Below, one piece after another: positions 9,227-20,084 of a stretch of DNA of 54,464 nt. The stretch comes from an uncultured bacterium. GTDB taxonomy: Bacteria; CAYUVA01. The stretch lies in NCBI GenBank assembly GCA_964448115.1, contig CAYUVA010000005.1, positions 62,001 through 116,464 of the forward strand, in the 5' to 3' direction. The notes below the pieces were generated by a model. It was not told the origin of the DNA. It was given only the letters and a program-made list of their open reading frames with translations, and ran no database searches. Both the position numbers and the translations under genes were made by a program. How positions within the stretch are numbered: the first letter of the stretch is position 1; each line of letters starts with the position of its first letter.

Positions 9227-11851
9227 ATGGGGAAAAAACGAACCATAGCCAACAAGGACAAGAGGTACATTGCTGATAATTACCTGCTGGTCTCCGATAA
9301 AATGATGGCAAATAAGCTCGGAGTCGATACTGCCCAGGTAAAATCTACCAGGCGAGAGCTTGGATTATATAGACTTTTCCCCGGCAACCTGGAGATGACC
9401 AAGGTGGATGTTCATGCTTTGTTGGTTGCTCTCTTATGTGGCTTGGTCATCTTAATTGCGGTTACTCACCAGGTAGCGCCTATAATCTCCGCAGGGGACT
9501 CGGGGGACCTGACCGCGGCAGCTTATTCACTGGGCGTTCCGCATCCGACCGGCTATCCGACCTATATCATGCTGAGTAAACTATTTACTTTGCTAGTGCC
9601 GCTGGGGAACATCGGCTTTCGTTGCGGGGTTTTATCAACTGTGTTCGCCGCTATTGCAGTAATATTAATGATGCTGGCTTGTTATCGGCTAACCTCCTCG
9701 CTTATCATCCCAGTCTTTTTTTCGCTGTTGATCGGTCTTGGACCTGTATTCGTATCCCAGAGCGTGCTTGCCGAGGTATATACATTCCATCTTGTGCTTT
9801 TAATGCTTGTTTTCCATGCTTTCTTGAGTTACCTGGGCGATGCGAACCTTCGCCGATTGTTTATACTGTTCTTCCTGTGCGGGTTGTCGCTCACCAATCA
9901 TCTGACATCGATATTTTTTGTCCTGGCTATACTGGTGGTGCTGGTGATTTACCATCGGCGCCAGATGCTCAAGGGGGATGCATGGCTCGTAGCCATAGGC
10001 TTTATTCTGTTGGCTATTTCGATTTATATTTATCTTCCCCTGCGGGGGAGCCGCGTCGAGTTGGCATCCTGGGGGCATATCAAAACGATCTCGCAGGCAT
10101 TGGATCATGTACTTGGCAAGGTATATCAACATAAAATGGTTCCAGAACCAAAGACGATTATTCAAAACCTTTGGCTCTTTTTTCATCATTCATGCCGGGA
10201 GATCTTGTATTTCGGATGGCTATTAGCCCTTGTTGGTTTCTATGCTTTATACAGGCGAAAGAAGCAATTATTTGTTTTTTGCAGTGTATTTATAATTTCC
10301 AGCATAATCCATATCATCAATTATAACATCATCGACATACAGGCTTATTATCTACCTACTTTTATGTTACTGGGACTACTCATCTGTATTGGACTTGCAG
10401 GCATCAGCCGCTATCTTTCTGTACGATTTCCTATGTCCAAGGCGCCAGTAGCATACACGGTCTATGCAATTCTTGTCTTGGCAATACCGCTTGCTTCCTA
10501 CTTGAGCAGCTTTTACGAGAACGATAAAAGCAATAACTTCATCGCTTATGACTATGGGCGTAACATACTGATTACCCCAGAGCAGGGGATTGTTCTCTTC
10601 TGCATGGGAGACAACCAGGTGTTCCCCCTTATATACCTACAAACCGCCGAGGCTTGGCGCCCTGATATCAGGGTATTCCATCGCGGCGGCTACCTGTTCG
10701 AGGATATCTATAATCTTGAGGATGCCAACATCAATAGGGATGCTTTGCAAAGGCGAGTAGAGAAGGATTACATAGGACGATTAGGCAACAGGGTTTATTT
10801 CACCGATGAAACAGACCTTTCCATGCTGGATAACTTTGAGCTTATCGCCGAGGGTCTTATTTTCCGCGCCTGGCAGATCAACAAGCTATATAAGCCTAGA
10901 CTCGATTTCTGGAAGGCATACTCCATGCGCGGCTTGGAGGATGATGCGGTTTACAAGAAGGATTACCTGACCTCATATATTGCCACCAAGGTTCAGTGGC
11001 GCCATGCGCGTTACCTGGCTGATACCGGTAAAATCGACAGTGCCATGCTCCAGTACGAGATGGCTGCTCAGTCCGGTGAGAACATCGGCAAAGCGCAATA
11101 TAACCTTGGCTTGATGTACGAGCAACAGGGGGATTTCAGCAAGGCAGTCAAGTATTACAAAAAAGCGATTGAATTGGAACCAGACCTGGAACAACCATAC
11201 CTGAATCTCGGATTATTGTATGAAAAATTGGGCAACCTGAACGATGCTTACCGCTTATATGGGCAGGGGCTTGCTTCCAATCCTAACTCTTACGAGCTTA
11301 ATATGCGCCTAGGATACGCGGCGGAAAGAAGGGGAGACTGGCGCAAGGCAGCCGATGCCTACGAGCAGGCAGTTAGATTGAGTCCACATAGTGCTGATGC
11401 ACACAATAATCTCGGAGTTGCGTTGGCAGCCAATAACCGCAACCAGGAAGCGCTAAAACATCTTCAGGTAGCCCTTCAGATAGAGCCTGATAGCTCAAAG
11501 AGCTTAAATAACCTGGGGGTGATATATAATACGATCAATCAACCGAAAAAGGCGATTCCATATCTTCAGAAGGCGATAGATCTTGACCCCGACTACGCAG
11601 AAGCTTACAGCAACCTCGCCCTGGCGCATCTTCTTTTAAGGCAGTACAGCGATGCTACCTATTATTATGAGAAGTCATTGAACCTTAATCCGGACCTGAC
11701 CAGGTCGATCTATAATCTTGGTTACATCTATATTTATCACACGAGTGAGATGGATAAAGGTCTGCGGCTGTGGCGGCGATACCTGGAGCTGGAGCCGAAC
11801 AGTCCCCAGGCTCACTCGATAAGAAGCGAACTATCAAGGCTCGGTGGATAA
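9227..11851 (+). CDS. DUF2723/TMEM260-like multi-TM GT-C glycosyltransferase with C-terminal TPRs
   Basis: GDSGDL..AAYSLGVPHPTGYPTY, AEVY, GLSLTNH, GDNQVFPL motifs; many TM helices; many TPRs (AQYNLG, AHNNLG, SLNNLG). AGGAGA RBS before ATG 9227. Confidence 0.85.
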   Translation: MGKKRTIANKDKRYIADNYLLVSDKMMANKLGVDTAQVKSTRRELGLYRLFPGNLEMTKVDVHALLVALLCGLVILIAVTHQVAPIISAGDSGDLTAAAYSLGVPHPTGYPTYIMLSKLFTLLVPLGNIGFRCGVLSTVFAAIAVILMMLACYRLTSSLIIPVFFSLLIGLGPVFVSQSVLAEVYTFHLVLLMLVFHAFLSYLGDANLRRLFILFFLCGLSLTNHLTSIFFVLAILVVLVIYHRRQMLKGDAWLVAIGFILLAISIYIYLPLRGSRVELASWGHIKTISQALDHVLGKVYQHKMVPEPKTIIQNLWLFFHHSCREILYFGWLLALVGFYALYRRKKQLFVFCSVFIISSIIHIINYNIIDIQAYYLPTFMLLGLLICIGLAGISRYLSVRFPMSKAPVAYTVYAILVLAIPLASYLSSFYENDKSNNFIAYDYGRNILITPEQGIVLFCMGDNQVFPLIYLQTAEAWRPDIRVFHRGGYLFEDIYNLEDANINRDALQRRVEKDYIGRLGNRVYFTDETDLSMLDNFELIAEGLIFRAWQINKLYKPRLDFWKAYSMRGLEDDAVYKKDYLTSYIATKVQWRHARYLADTGKIDSAMLQYEMAAQSGENIGKAQYNLGLMYEQQGDFSKAVKYYKKAIELEPDLEQPYLNLGLLYEKLGNLNDAYRLYGQGLASNPNSYELNMRLGYAAERRGDWRKAADAYEQAVRLSPHSADAHNNLGVALAANNRNQEALKHLQVALQIEPDSSKSLNNLGVIYNTINQPKKAIPYLQKAIDLDPDYAEAYSNLALAHLLLRQYSDATYYYEKSLNLNPDLTRSIYNLGYIYIYHTSEMDKGLRLWRRYLELEPNSPQAHSIRSELSRLGG

Positions 11852-11857
11852 GATATC

Positions 11858-12583
11858 ATGGGTTTCCCCAAGGAAAAATTTAAGGCTTTGGTTATTTTGC
11901 TTGCCGCCGGCGGTGGCAGGCGATTTACCAGCCAAAACCATACCCCAAAACAATTCGCAAAGCTGTGTGAGCAACCTATGATAATACACCCGCTAAGGAC
12001 GATGAGCCTGTGCGACTGCGTTGAGCAGATATTGATTGTTGCTCCATTGGGGTGGATTCATCCTGTTGAGGAGCTAGTCATTAAAAATGATCTAAGAAAA
12101 GTGCTGGCAGTGATCCCAGGCGACGTTACTCGACAGTTATCAAGCTATTCTGGAATAAAATGGCTTGTGGAGCATGATTATCCGGATGATAGTTTGATTT
12201 TGATCCATGATGCAGCACGTCCTTTTGTAACCAGAGATCTTATCTTCTCGGTTGCCCAAGCTGCCGCTGTAAATGGAGCCGCCATACCTATCATTCCCAT
12301 GACCGACACGCTGATCCAAAAAAAGCACCATGGCAGCCTTACCTACCCGGAACGCAAAGACCTCTTCATGGTACAAACTCCACAGGGATTCAGGCTCGAT
12401 ATCATCTTTCAAGCTCACCTGGAGGCTAAAAAAAGGGGACAGACCGATGCGCTCGATGATAGCAGCCTGGTATTTTATATGGGAGTTAAGCCAGCATTTA
12501 CCCAAGGTAATGCATTCAACCTTAAGATAACCTTTTCGGATGATATCGATTACCTTCAAAGGATAACTGGCTATGAGACCTAG
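11858..12583 (+). CDS. ispD: IspD/TarI family cytidylyltransferase
   Basis: LAAGGGRRF, PKQF, IHDAARPF, VQTPQGF, DD, NLKITF. The family is secure; the substrate (MEP or polyol-phosphate) is not. Confidence 0.75.
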   Translation: MGFPKEKFKALVILLAAGGGRRFTSQNHTPKQFAKLCEQPMIIHPLRTMSLCDCVEQILIVAPLGWIHPVEELVIKNDLRKVLAVIPGDVTRQLSSYSGIKWLVEHDYPDDSLILIHDAARPFVTRDLIFSVAQAAAVNGAAIPIIPMTDTLIQKKHHGSLTYPERKDLFMVQTPQGFRLDIIFQAHLEAKKRGQTDALDDSSLVFYMGVKPAFTQGNAFNLKITFSDDIDYLQRITGYET

Positions 12584-13373
12584 AAATATTATTCTGGAGG
12601 GATATCTTTCCCAGGCGCCTATAGCGCTCGGACTTGTAAGAGCCGTGGAGTGCGCTGCCCTTGCACGACTTAGACTGGAAAACCCGCTTCTCGATATCGG
12701 CTGCGGAGATGGACTATTCATGCAGGTTCTAAAAACCGTCCACCCGAGCCTCCAACCTGTAGGAGTAGATACAGATGCCAGGGAACTTGAGATAGCGCGC
12801 CGACGAAAAGGGATCTACAAGTCGGTTACAAGATCCTCAGCCACCAGCCTCCCCTTTAAACCTAACAGCTTCAAGACAGTTGTATTGAACAGCGTCATAG
12901 AACATATTACCGACTACCACCAGGCAATAGGGGAATCCTATCGAGTTTTAACTTCAGGTGGCAGGTTATATATAATAACGCCGACGACATACTTATCGCA
13001 GTTTTTCTACTTCAGCGATCTTGCACAACGAAAAGGAAGCCAAAGCATTTCTGTTATGTACCAGCAAATAAAGAACAACCTCTGGCGACATGTCAGCGTC
13101 TTCACCCCCGGATTTTGGAGCAAGGAACTATCCGAGATCGGTTTTATCGATATAGGATATAGGATGATCCTCTCTGGAGACCTTACCAGGTTGTGCGATA
13201 TACTGGGATTCTTCGCATTACCGAGCAAGCTAATAAAAAGGCTTACTGGAAGGTTACTAGTTTTTCCCGGCTCCTGGAGGGGGCATTTATTATCCAGGAT
13301 GCTATATAAATACTACGGCTCAGATGCAGAGAAATTAGGTGCAGGTATCGTGCTTTGGGGAACTAAGTCATGA
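12573..13373 (+). CDS. class I SAM-dependent methyltransferase
   Basis: LLDIGCGDG, LPFKPNSF, VIEHI, RVLTSGG. Confidence 0.88.
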   Translation: MRPRNIILEGYLSQAPIALGLVRAVECAALARLRLENPLLDIGCGDGLFMQVLKTVHPSLQPVGVDTDARELEIARRRKGIYKSVTRSSATSLPFKPNSFKTVVLNSVIEHITDYHQAIGESYRVLTSGGRLYIITPTTYLSQFFYFSDLAQRKGSQSISVMYQQIKNNLWRHVSVFTPGFWSKELSEIGFIDIGYRMILSGDLTRLCDILGFFALPSKLIKRLTGRLLVFPGSWRGHLLSRMLYKYYGSDAEKLGAGIVLWGTKS

Positions 13374-14365
13374 AAACTATCCTGTGTGTTCTTCTCATCT
13401 GTATGCTTATTAGCTCGGTAGCTTTCTGCGATCAAGCAAGGGACTTCGAGCAGATCAGTGAACTATTTCACAATGCTGATTACTTCAAGGTAACACCCCT
13501 ATGTAAAAGATTCATCAAGATATATCCGGATAGCCCGTTGATCTACGATGTGTTATATATACTCGCTCGAAGTACAGGAAATTACTCCGAGGCAGTAAAT
13601 TCCTTAGAGAGAATAATAAACGAATGCAGCGAAGAAAAGGCACGCATCAACGCACGCTTCGATTTGCTCCAGTTATTATATCTGAAAGGCGATTTTCAAG
13701 GTATTTTGCAGCGATTTAAGAACAGCTCCGCTGAACAGTTTGGTGAAGGTAATCAACCGGAGGCGCTTTTTTATATATCTGAAGCCTTTATCCAGAACGA
13801 GGAATACAACCGGGCAGTAAGCAAGTTGACCTCGTTGACCATTGCCTATCCGAGCGACCGCTTCGCCCACCTGGCACAGGCTGCCATAGCATACTGCTAC
13901 CTGAAAATGAACAAGCCTGACATGGCAAGAGCACAGATATCGATGCTAATGGAAGCCACAGACTCGGCGATGGCTATCTCAAGGGCAAAAGAGATCCTGG
14001 CTATGCTTGGCGATGAAAATATGTCTGTTTCACATGCTGCTGAACATCCTAAAAGGGGTTCGCCAATCCCTCAAGCCATGGATATATCGCCTGTAGAGCC
14101 TTCAACGATACCTACCGAACAACCGACAGAAAAAAAGGTCTATTATAGCGTGCAGGTTGGTGCTTATGCGATCAGGGAAAATGCCCTTAAAAGGCAAAAG
14201 GAGCTTGAGGAAATCGGTTATGAGGTAATGATAAACAAGGCTGTGGTACAAGGGAGAACGCTCTATCGACTAAGGATCGGTAATTTCGACACCCTCGAAC
14301 AGGCTCAGATAATGCAAAAGAAGCTCCAATCCCAGGGCATTGCCTGCTTTATTAGCCAGCAGTAA
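13370..14365 (+). CDS. secreted TPR plus SPOR-domain protein
   Basis: Signal peptide, TPR-like helices, C-terminal YSVQVGAY...YRLRIGNF SPOR motif. Confidence 0.85.
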   Translation: MKTILCVLLICMLISSVAFCDQARDFEQISELFHNADYFKVTPLCKRFIKIYPDSPLIYDVLYILARSTGNYSEAVNSLERIINECSEEKARINARFDLLQLLYLKGDFQGILQRFKNSSAEQFGEGNQPEALFYISEAFIQNEEYNRAVSKLTSLTIAYPSDRFAHLAQAAIAYCYLKMNKPDMARAQISMLMEATDSAMAISRAKEILAMLGDENMSVSHAAEHPKRGSPIPQAMDISPVEPSTIPTEQPTEKKVYYSVQVGAYAIRENALKRQKELEEIGYEVMINKAVVQGRTLYRLRIGNFDTLEQAQIMQKKLQSQGIACFISQQ

Positions 14366-14506
14366 GATTCTTTGTTGGCTATAGTAAACCAGACCTGGTG
14401 AAGAATGATATCATTGAGATGTTTTCAAGGCTAATTGGATTACTTGAGACTATCAAGGCATTCTGCTAGATTTTATAATATAATGAAACCGGGGAGTTGA
14501 TGGTTT

Positions 14507-17500
14507 ATGAGACTGGGCAGGCACTCGTTGGCGTTGATTCTTACCATTGCCGTGGTGTCGATCTCGGTTGCAAGCGGCGAGGAGATAGTTCGCTATGCGG
14601 GATCGGTGCCATTTAGATGGCTCTGGATAGCCGAGTGGAACGCGACCGGTGCCCCAGATGACAAGGTTGCTTATAGCCTGTACTCCACAGAGAATCTCAC
14701 TGGCAAAGATTTCAACTTCAACCAGCACCTTGGCGTGATAACCAAGGTCGAGATAGGAGTATATTCAAGGAATGAGGGTGCTCCTAATTTTGAGATGGAA
14801 CTATCCCATAATCACGGCAGCACAAAGGCAATCTTTTCGCATGCCAATTATCAATGGGCGGTTGCTGATGTAACCAGTGATACCGAATGGACCTGGGAGA
14901 AGCTAAATAGTATAGAGTTAAGTTATAATCGGCATTCCAGCGGCGGTAGCACCAATAATCAATATGTTAATTGCTTTGCGGTCAGGGTGAACTATCTGCC
15001 GCCGACATTTACTCCGACATCTACTGCCACACCAACTGCCACACCAATTCATACCTTCACTCCCACCAGGACTCCAACCTCCACGATCACCCCGACCATG
15101 ACCATGACGCCGACCATCTCGCCGACTCCATCGAATACGCCATCGCCTACCATCAGTCCTACACCGAGCAATACTCCCACAGCGACCGAAACCCCCGTTC
15201 TATCCTCAACACCGACAGCCACCCCAACCAGCTCAGCCACATCATCGCCAACCCCGACAGCTACAGATACAGCATCTCCAACATTGACCCCCACAGCAAC
15301 CGACACCTTCACCGATACCCCGACCCCGACGGTTACCCCGACCCCGGTGGAGGGCATAATCTTCGGCGATGTAACCTGGTACAAGGCACAAAGTCCATAT
15401 CTAATCGGCGGGAATCTTCTAGTTGATGAAAGCGCTTCCTTGACCATTGAACCTGGGGTCATCGTTTACTTCATGGGCTATTACCATATCCATGTTGATG
15501 GTCTGCTGGTAGCCAGGGGCACTGAGCAGGATCCGATATTTTTCACTTCCTATGCAGGCGACCCCTCGCCGGGGGACTGGGAGACGATCTTTTTTAGGGC
15601 AGGCAGCGCTGATGCCACCTTCGATGCAGGCGGTGTTTACACCGGTGGCTGCATAATGGAGCACTGTGTTATCGAGTATGGCACAAGTGGGATCCAATGC
15701 GAGGATAGCGCCCCATACATACATAAGTGCCTGATCTGGCTGAACGAGAATCGTGACGCTGGCGGCGGTGGATTGGCGATGCGCAATGGAGCATCACCGG
15801 TGGTGGAGAACAACTCGATCATTTATAACTATGCCATGCGCGGAGCGGGGATAGATATCTCCAGCAGCGCTGGTGTAATACGCTCCAATATCATTGCCGG
15901 CAACATGGCTGAGACCCGTGGCGGGGGCATAAATGTTTTTTACAATACAACCACCCAGATAATCGATAACTACCTGGCTGAGAACTACTCTGACAGCGAG
16001 GGCACCGGCGTTGGGGGGGCTGGACTCAATGTTGATACATCACCGATAATGTTCAATTACAACACGGTTATACGCAACTTCGGACAGGGATTACAGACAG
16101 ATGGTAGCCAGTCTTTTTTATACAATACCATCATGGGAAACGAGGATGCGGGAGTAGTGGGTAATCCTCTCAATATCAACTACTGTAACCTGTTGGATAA
16201 CAATATTTATAATCTGAAGCTTAGCGGGGTCAGCGATGTCGATGCCAAGGAGAACTACTGGGGCACAACCGATCTAGGGGAGATCGCTGAGCTTATACTC
16301 GACAATGATGATGAAGCCTACCTTGGAACTGCCTATATACAGCCGATCTCGTCGCAGTATAGAATCGATGCTCCTCCTCCGCCTCCCTTTGATCTTTCCG
16401 GGGTATGCGATCTGACCACGGTGCACCTCCAGTGGAGCAACCCTCAGATTAGCGACCTGCAGGGATGCAAGATATACTACGATCTATGGAAGTCGGGGTA
16501 TCCTTACCAGGGAATCGGCGCCGAGGAAGGCTTATCTCCGATAGATGTAGGCAATACGGAGAACTACACTATCACCGGCTTGCAGCCTGATTCTCCTTAC
16601 TACTTCGCGGTTACCTGTTATGACAGCCAGGGCAACGAGAGCTGGTACAGCCGTGAGATAGAGATCTGGACGCATAGCACACAGCCATCTGCAACCCCTA
16701 CTCCAACAGCCTCAGCGTCAATAACCGCCACCATCACCGCGACAACGACCCAGACTGCGCCAGGCTCACCAACTGCCACGCCAACGATCACACCAACAGT
16801 AACACCGCCAGACCCTCCGGTAATGAATGATCTAGCCGATTATCAAAGCGGCCATAGCGTTTTTGTCTCCTGGGATGCTGTTCCCGGCGCCTCGGAGTAC
16901 AGGGTCGAGGCTTCACCGGATAACTTCTATACCATAGAAGCCACTAGCGGCTGGATCACAGAAACATGCTATACATTCTTGGAACTGGAGGATGGCTCTA
17001 CATACTGCTTTCGGGCAAAGGCTCGCACGGAAACTATGCAAGAGAGCGCTTATTCTAGGACCGTTTGCACAACCATTGACAATCAACCGCCTTTCATCGC
17101 TGCTGCTGGATACTGGGATACGGATCTAAGCAGTTCCGCTGGAGGGATGCTGACCATGATTGCAGCGGTGATAGACTCCCCGCATTCCAAGGCGATTAGC
17201 TCCGTGGAGGTATTGTACGATGGCGCTGCAACCGGCATTTTGCTTCACGATGATGGTCTATTTGGGGATCAGACCGCCTCTGATATGCTTTATACATTCT
17301 CGGTGAATATCCCCCCTGGGGTAGCCCCAGCAGAGTTTTTATTGGAGCTTAGGGCAATTGACATGGCAGGGAATACCTCATTGATCTGGCCTTACCTGAT
17401 TATTAGCGACACAGATGATACATTAAGTAATTACCGATGGCTTCAATTCGAGCATGATCGGCAGGTGAGCTGGTTCAGCGAATATCTCAATGCCCTGCAA

Positions 17501-17842
17501 GCGAAATCTACTGCCAACAATCCTTTCATCATGGTAGCAGGCTACCTGTTCACCGTGCTTAATCGTTCCGGCGGCGAGTTCACCATGATAGCCTTGGTAA
17601 GCCATCCGATGGGAATTAGCGCCATCAGCTCGGTCGAGATGTATGTAAGCGGTTACCCTACTGGTGTTTATTTATATGATAATGGCTTAAACGGAGATCT
17701 GGTTGCAGGGGATGGCGTTTATACATTCCATATCCCACAGATCGGCGCCGATCCACCGGTGGGAGTATATATTATAGAATTGCGAGCAAAAGATATCTAC
17801 GGAACTTTCAGCGTTACCTGGCCCTACCTGGTCATACAGTGA
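14507..17842 (+). CDS. large secreted protein: PT linkers, right-handed beta-helix, FN3 domains and two copies of a conserved C-terminal domain
   Basis: Signal peptide; TPT-rich tracts; SPYLIGG..LTIEPGV..PGDW and N/G-rich beta-helix repeats; FN3 ([16 protein letters not shown]); AGYWDT..WPYL and AGYLFT..WPYL domains. Confidence 0.85.
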   Translation: MRLGRHSLALILTIAVVSISVASGEEIVRYAGSVPFRWLWIAEWNATGAPDDKVAYSLYSTENLTGKDFNFNQHLGVITKVEIGVYSRNEGAPNFEMELSHNHGSTKAIFSHANYQWAVADVTSDTEWTWEKLNSIELSYNRHSSGGSTNNQYVNCFAVRVNYLPPTFTPTSTATPTATPIHTFTPTRTPTSTITPTMTMTPTISPTPSNTPSPTISPTPSNTPTATETPVLSSTPTATPTSSATSSPTPTATDTASPTLTPTATDTFTDTPTPTVTPTPVEGIIFGDVTWYKAQSPYLIGGNLLVDESASLTIEPGVIVYFMGYYHIHVDGLLVARGTEQDPIFFTSYAGDPSPGDWETIFFRAGSADATFDAGGVYTGGCIMEHCVIEYGTSGIQCEDSAPYIHKCLIWLNENRDAGGGGLAMRNGASPVVENNSIIYNYAMRGAGIDISSSAGVIRSNIIAGNMAETRGGGINVFYNTTTQIIDNYLAENYSDSEGTGVGGAGLNVDTSPIMFNYNTVIRNFGQGLQTDGSQSFLYNTIMGNEDAGVVGNPLNINYCNLLDNNIYNLKLSGVSDVDAKENYWGTTDLGEIAELILDNDDEAYLGTAYIQPISSQYRIDAPPPPPFDLSGVCDLTTVHLQWSNPQISDLQGCKIYYDLWKSGYPYQGIGAEEGLSPIDVGNTENYTITGLQPDSPYYFAVTCYDSQGNESWYSREIEIWTHSTQPSATPTPTASASITATITATTTQTAPGSPTATPTITPTVTPPDPPVMNDLADYQSGHSVFVSWDAVPGASEYRVEASPDNFYTIEATSGWITETCYTFLELEDGSTYCFRAKARTETMQESAYSRTVCTTIDNQPPFIAAAGYWDTDLSSSAGGMLTMIAAVIDSPHSKAISSVEVLYDGAATGILLHDDGLFGDQTASDMLYTFSVNIPPGVAPAEFLLELRAIDMAGNTSLIWPYLIISDTDDTLSNYRWLQFEHDRQVSWFSEYLNALQAKSTANNPFIMVAGYLFTVLNRSGGEFTMIALVSHPMGISAISSVEMYVSGYPTGVYLYDNGLNGDLVAGDGVYTFHIPQIGADPPVGVYIIELRAKDIYGTFSVTWPYLVIQ
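14999..15350 (+). repeat. Pro/Thr-rich low-complexity linker (coding)
   Basis: [15 protein letters not shown]...[10 protein letters not shown]. Confidence 0.85.
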
Positions 17843-17869
17843 AATTTACATAGATCCTTCCATCTTCGA

Positions 17870-18985
17870 TCAAGATTCAAGTAACGAAGCCCTTATCTGT
17901 TTTGTAACATCGATTAGGGTGCTGCAACACTTGCGGCATTGCGCGCTCAATTTGCCCTCCAGAAAGTGTCTTCTTTTCGATGTGAAGTATTCTCCATACC
18001 AGATCTCTTCGAGTGATTTTTCTGTTGCATACTCGGTGCTATCAGGGTCATCGAACCCGCAGGGGCATGTCTTTCCGTCCGCCCTGATGCCCATTCGATA
18101 CCAGGCTTCATAGCAGGCTGCGCGCATAAAGGGGCTTTTTGGGGACTCGCGCTTGGCAAGAACTCTCATCAGTTTATCCATTTGCGAGGTATGATCAATA
18201 TATGGCATTCTCCCTAGGCTTGGCAAGTTTGTGTTGATTCGTAGTTTCTGGGACAATTTAATCGCATAGTCAATTTGATTATTGAACTCGATGAGTTGCT
18301 CCTTAGATAGCTTGAGCGACTCGCCCATTGGCGTATAAACTGTTATCGGTTCAATGAACAGTGCATCGACGCCGAGTTGGCTGCTGAATCGTATGAAGCC
18401 GACCAGGTCTCGATAATTCAGGTTGGTCAACACAGCTCCAAGTTCCAGGTATGGCTTGCTAGATGATTGCCTTTGTTTCTCGGCGACGAAGCCCCCGATG
18501 ATCTCGACCGCTTTATCGAATGCACCGGCTCTGTTGACCAAACGGTCATGTATAGTACTAATATGGGACTCGAAGGAGAACTTGATATGATCCCACCTTT
18601 TGGCGACTAGGGACTTGATATCTCCTTTATCGAAAAGAAGCCCATTAGTGCAGATATACCCACGCATATCGAGTTTCTTTATCAACAACATAATTTCTGT
18701 ACATAAATGCTTTCGTACGATCGCATCGCCCCCCCCTATGATGCGCCACTCCAGTACTCCCAACGCCTTGCCCTCTTTAATGATGCGTCGATAATCATCA
18801 TCCGACATCTCAAAGCCATAATCGATATCGGAAATCCCATATCTCCAGCAAAATAGACAATTCAAGTTACATCGCAGGGTAGGCGCTAACTCCACCGATA
18901 AAGGGGGTGCTGGTTTGCCTTGCATCCAATTACGCAGCCTTTGGTTGCGCTCTTTTATAAGATCATTCTCTTCCATATTCACCAT
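17870..18985 (-). CDS. radical SAM protein with SPASM/Twitch domain
   Basis: CNLNCLFC; C-terminal CYEAW..DGKTCPC..CRKCC. Confidence 0.9.
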   Translation of the reverse strand: MVNMEENDLIKERNQRLRNWMQGKPAPPLSVELAPTLRCNLNCLFCWRYGISDIDYGFEMSDDDYRRIIKEGKALGVLEWRIIGGGDAIVRKHLCTEIMLLIKKLDMRGYICTNGLLFDKGDIKSLVAKRWDHIKFSFESHISTIHDRLVNRAGAFDKAVEIIGGFVAEKQRQSSSKPYLELGAVLTNLNYRDLVGFIRFSSQLGVDALFIEPITVYTPMGESLKLSKEQLIEFNNQIDYAIKLSQKLRINTNLPSLGRMPYIDHTSQMDKLMRVLAKRESPKSPFMRAACYEAWYRMGIRADGKTCPCGFDDPDSTEYATEKSLEEIWYGEYFTSKRRHFLEGKLSAQCRKCCSTLIDVTKQIRASLLES

Positions 18986-20082
18986 TGCTTATAGAAGATT
19001 TTCTTGAGCTTCTCCCTCAATCCTCGATTCATCAGCACCTGTCCGGAGTTGCATATATTGCAATAGCTGGGGAATCTGTGCTCAAGAAGCATATTTCGTA
19101 TATTCTCGAAAAAGCTCCCGTACCATGCCTCAGCCAGGGGCATCTGCCTAATGTTGGGTGCAGCGGCATCATCGAAGATGCAGCAGGGACCGACGCTTCC
19201 ATCCGGCTTTATTACCAGGTGATAGAAAGGCTCGTAGCAGGGCAATCCAAGGAAACCAGCTCGAGGATCCCCTTCCTTCTTCAGGATACTGATCATATTA
19301 TTAGACTGCTCTATGAGCGGATGATCGATAAATGCCCTGGCGTTGGTGTAAACATTAAGCTCTTTTGCTCTTTCATCTGCCAGGCAAGCTAATTCATCGA
19401 GTTGCTGGTGAAGATTATCGGTTATCTTGAGTTTCTCGCCCATTGCGGAATGGACGGTGAGAGGCTCGAAGCTGACTATCTGGACTCCCATCTTATGGGC
19501 AAATTCGATGATGTTAGTCATTCGGGGCATGTTCACCCTGGAGAGCACGATGTTGAACTGCATCAGCGGCTTTGGAGAACCCAAGGCTCCCTTGAACCTT
19601 TGGATATTTTCAAGGAATTCCACGATGCGCTTGAAGCTACCTTTCATTCCTCTCAGGTAATCGACCGTATCGGGATTATCTCCATCTATACTTACTACAA
19701 CCTTGTCCCAGCCTATGGACACCAGGGTTTTGGCATCCTGCTGGTCAAACAAGGTCGCATTGGTGGTGATAGAGCCTTGCATGTTTAGTTGCTTTATTCT
19801 CCTTAGAAGCTCCATGCTCCTTTTTTTGAAGAACATCGGTTCTCCGCCACCGGTAACCATCCAGTGCTTTACGCCTAGCTCGGCTGCCTCATCGACTAGC
19901 GAAAGATAGCGTGTCATCGGTACCTCGATCGAATAGTCGATATTCGGGTATGCTCTTAGCCAGCACGAGAGGCAGCGTAGATTACAACGGTTGGTAGGGT
20001 TGATGTCGATTACTACCGGTCCTGGGGCTTCTCCTTTGTACCACCATACAAGGCAATCCATTATGTCATTCTCGATCTCCAT
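18979..20082 (-). CDS. radical SAM protein with SPASM/Twitch domain
   Basis: CNLRCLSC, TGGGEP; CYEPF..DGSVGPCC..CNIC. Clear paralogue of the adjacent gene. Confidence 0.9.
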   Translation of the reverse strand: MEIENDIMDCLVWWYKGEAPGPVVIDINPTNRCNLRCLSCWLRAYPNIDYSIEVPMTRYLSLVDEAAELGVKHWMVTGGGEPMFFKKRSMELLRRIKQLNMQGSITTNATLFDQQDAKTLVSIGWDKVVVSIDGDNPDTVDYLRGMKGSFKRIVEFLENIQRFKGALGSPKPLMQFNIVLSRVNMPRMTNIIEFAHKMGVQIVSFEPLTVHSAMGEKLKITDNLHQQLDELACLADERAKELNVYTNARAFIDHPLIEQSNNMISILKKEGDPRAGFLGLPCYEPFYHLVIKPDGSVGPCCIFDDAAAPNIRQMPLAEAWYGSFFENIRNMLLEHRFPSYCNICNSGQVLMNRGLREKLKKIFYKQW

Positions 20083-20084
20083 CT

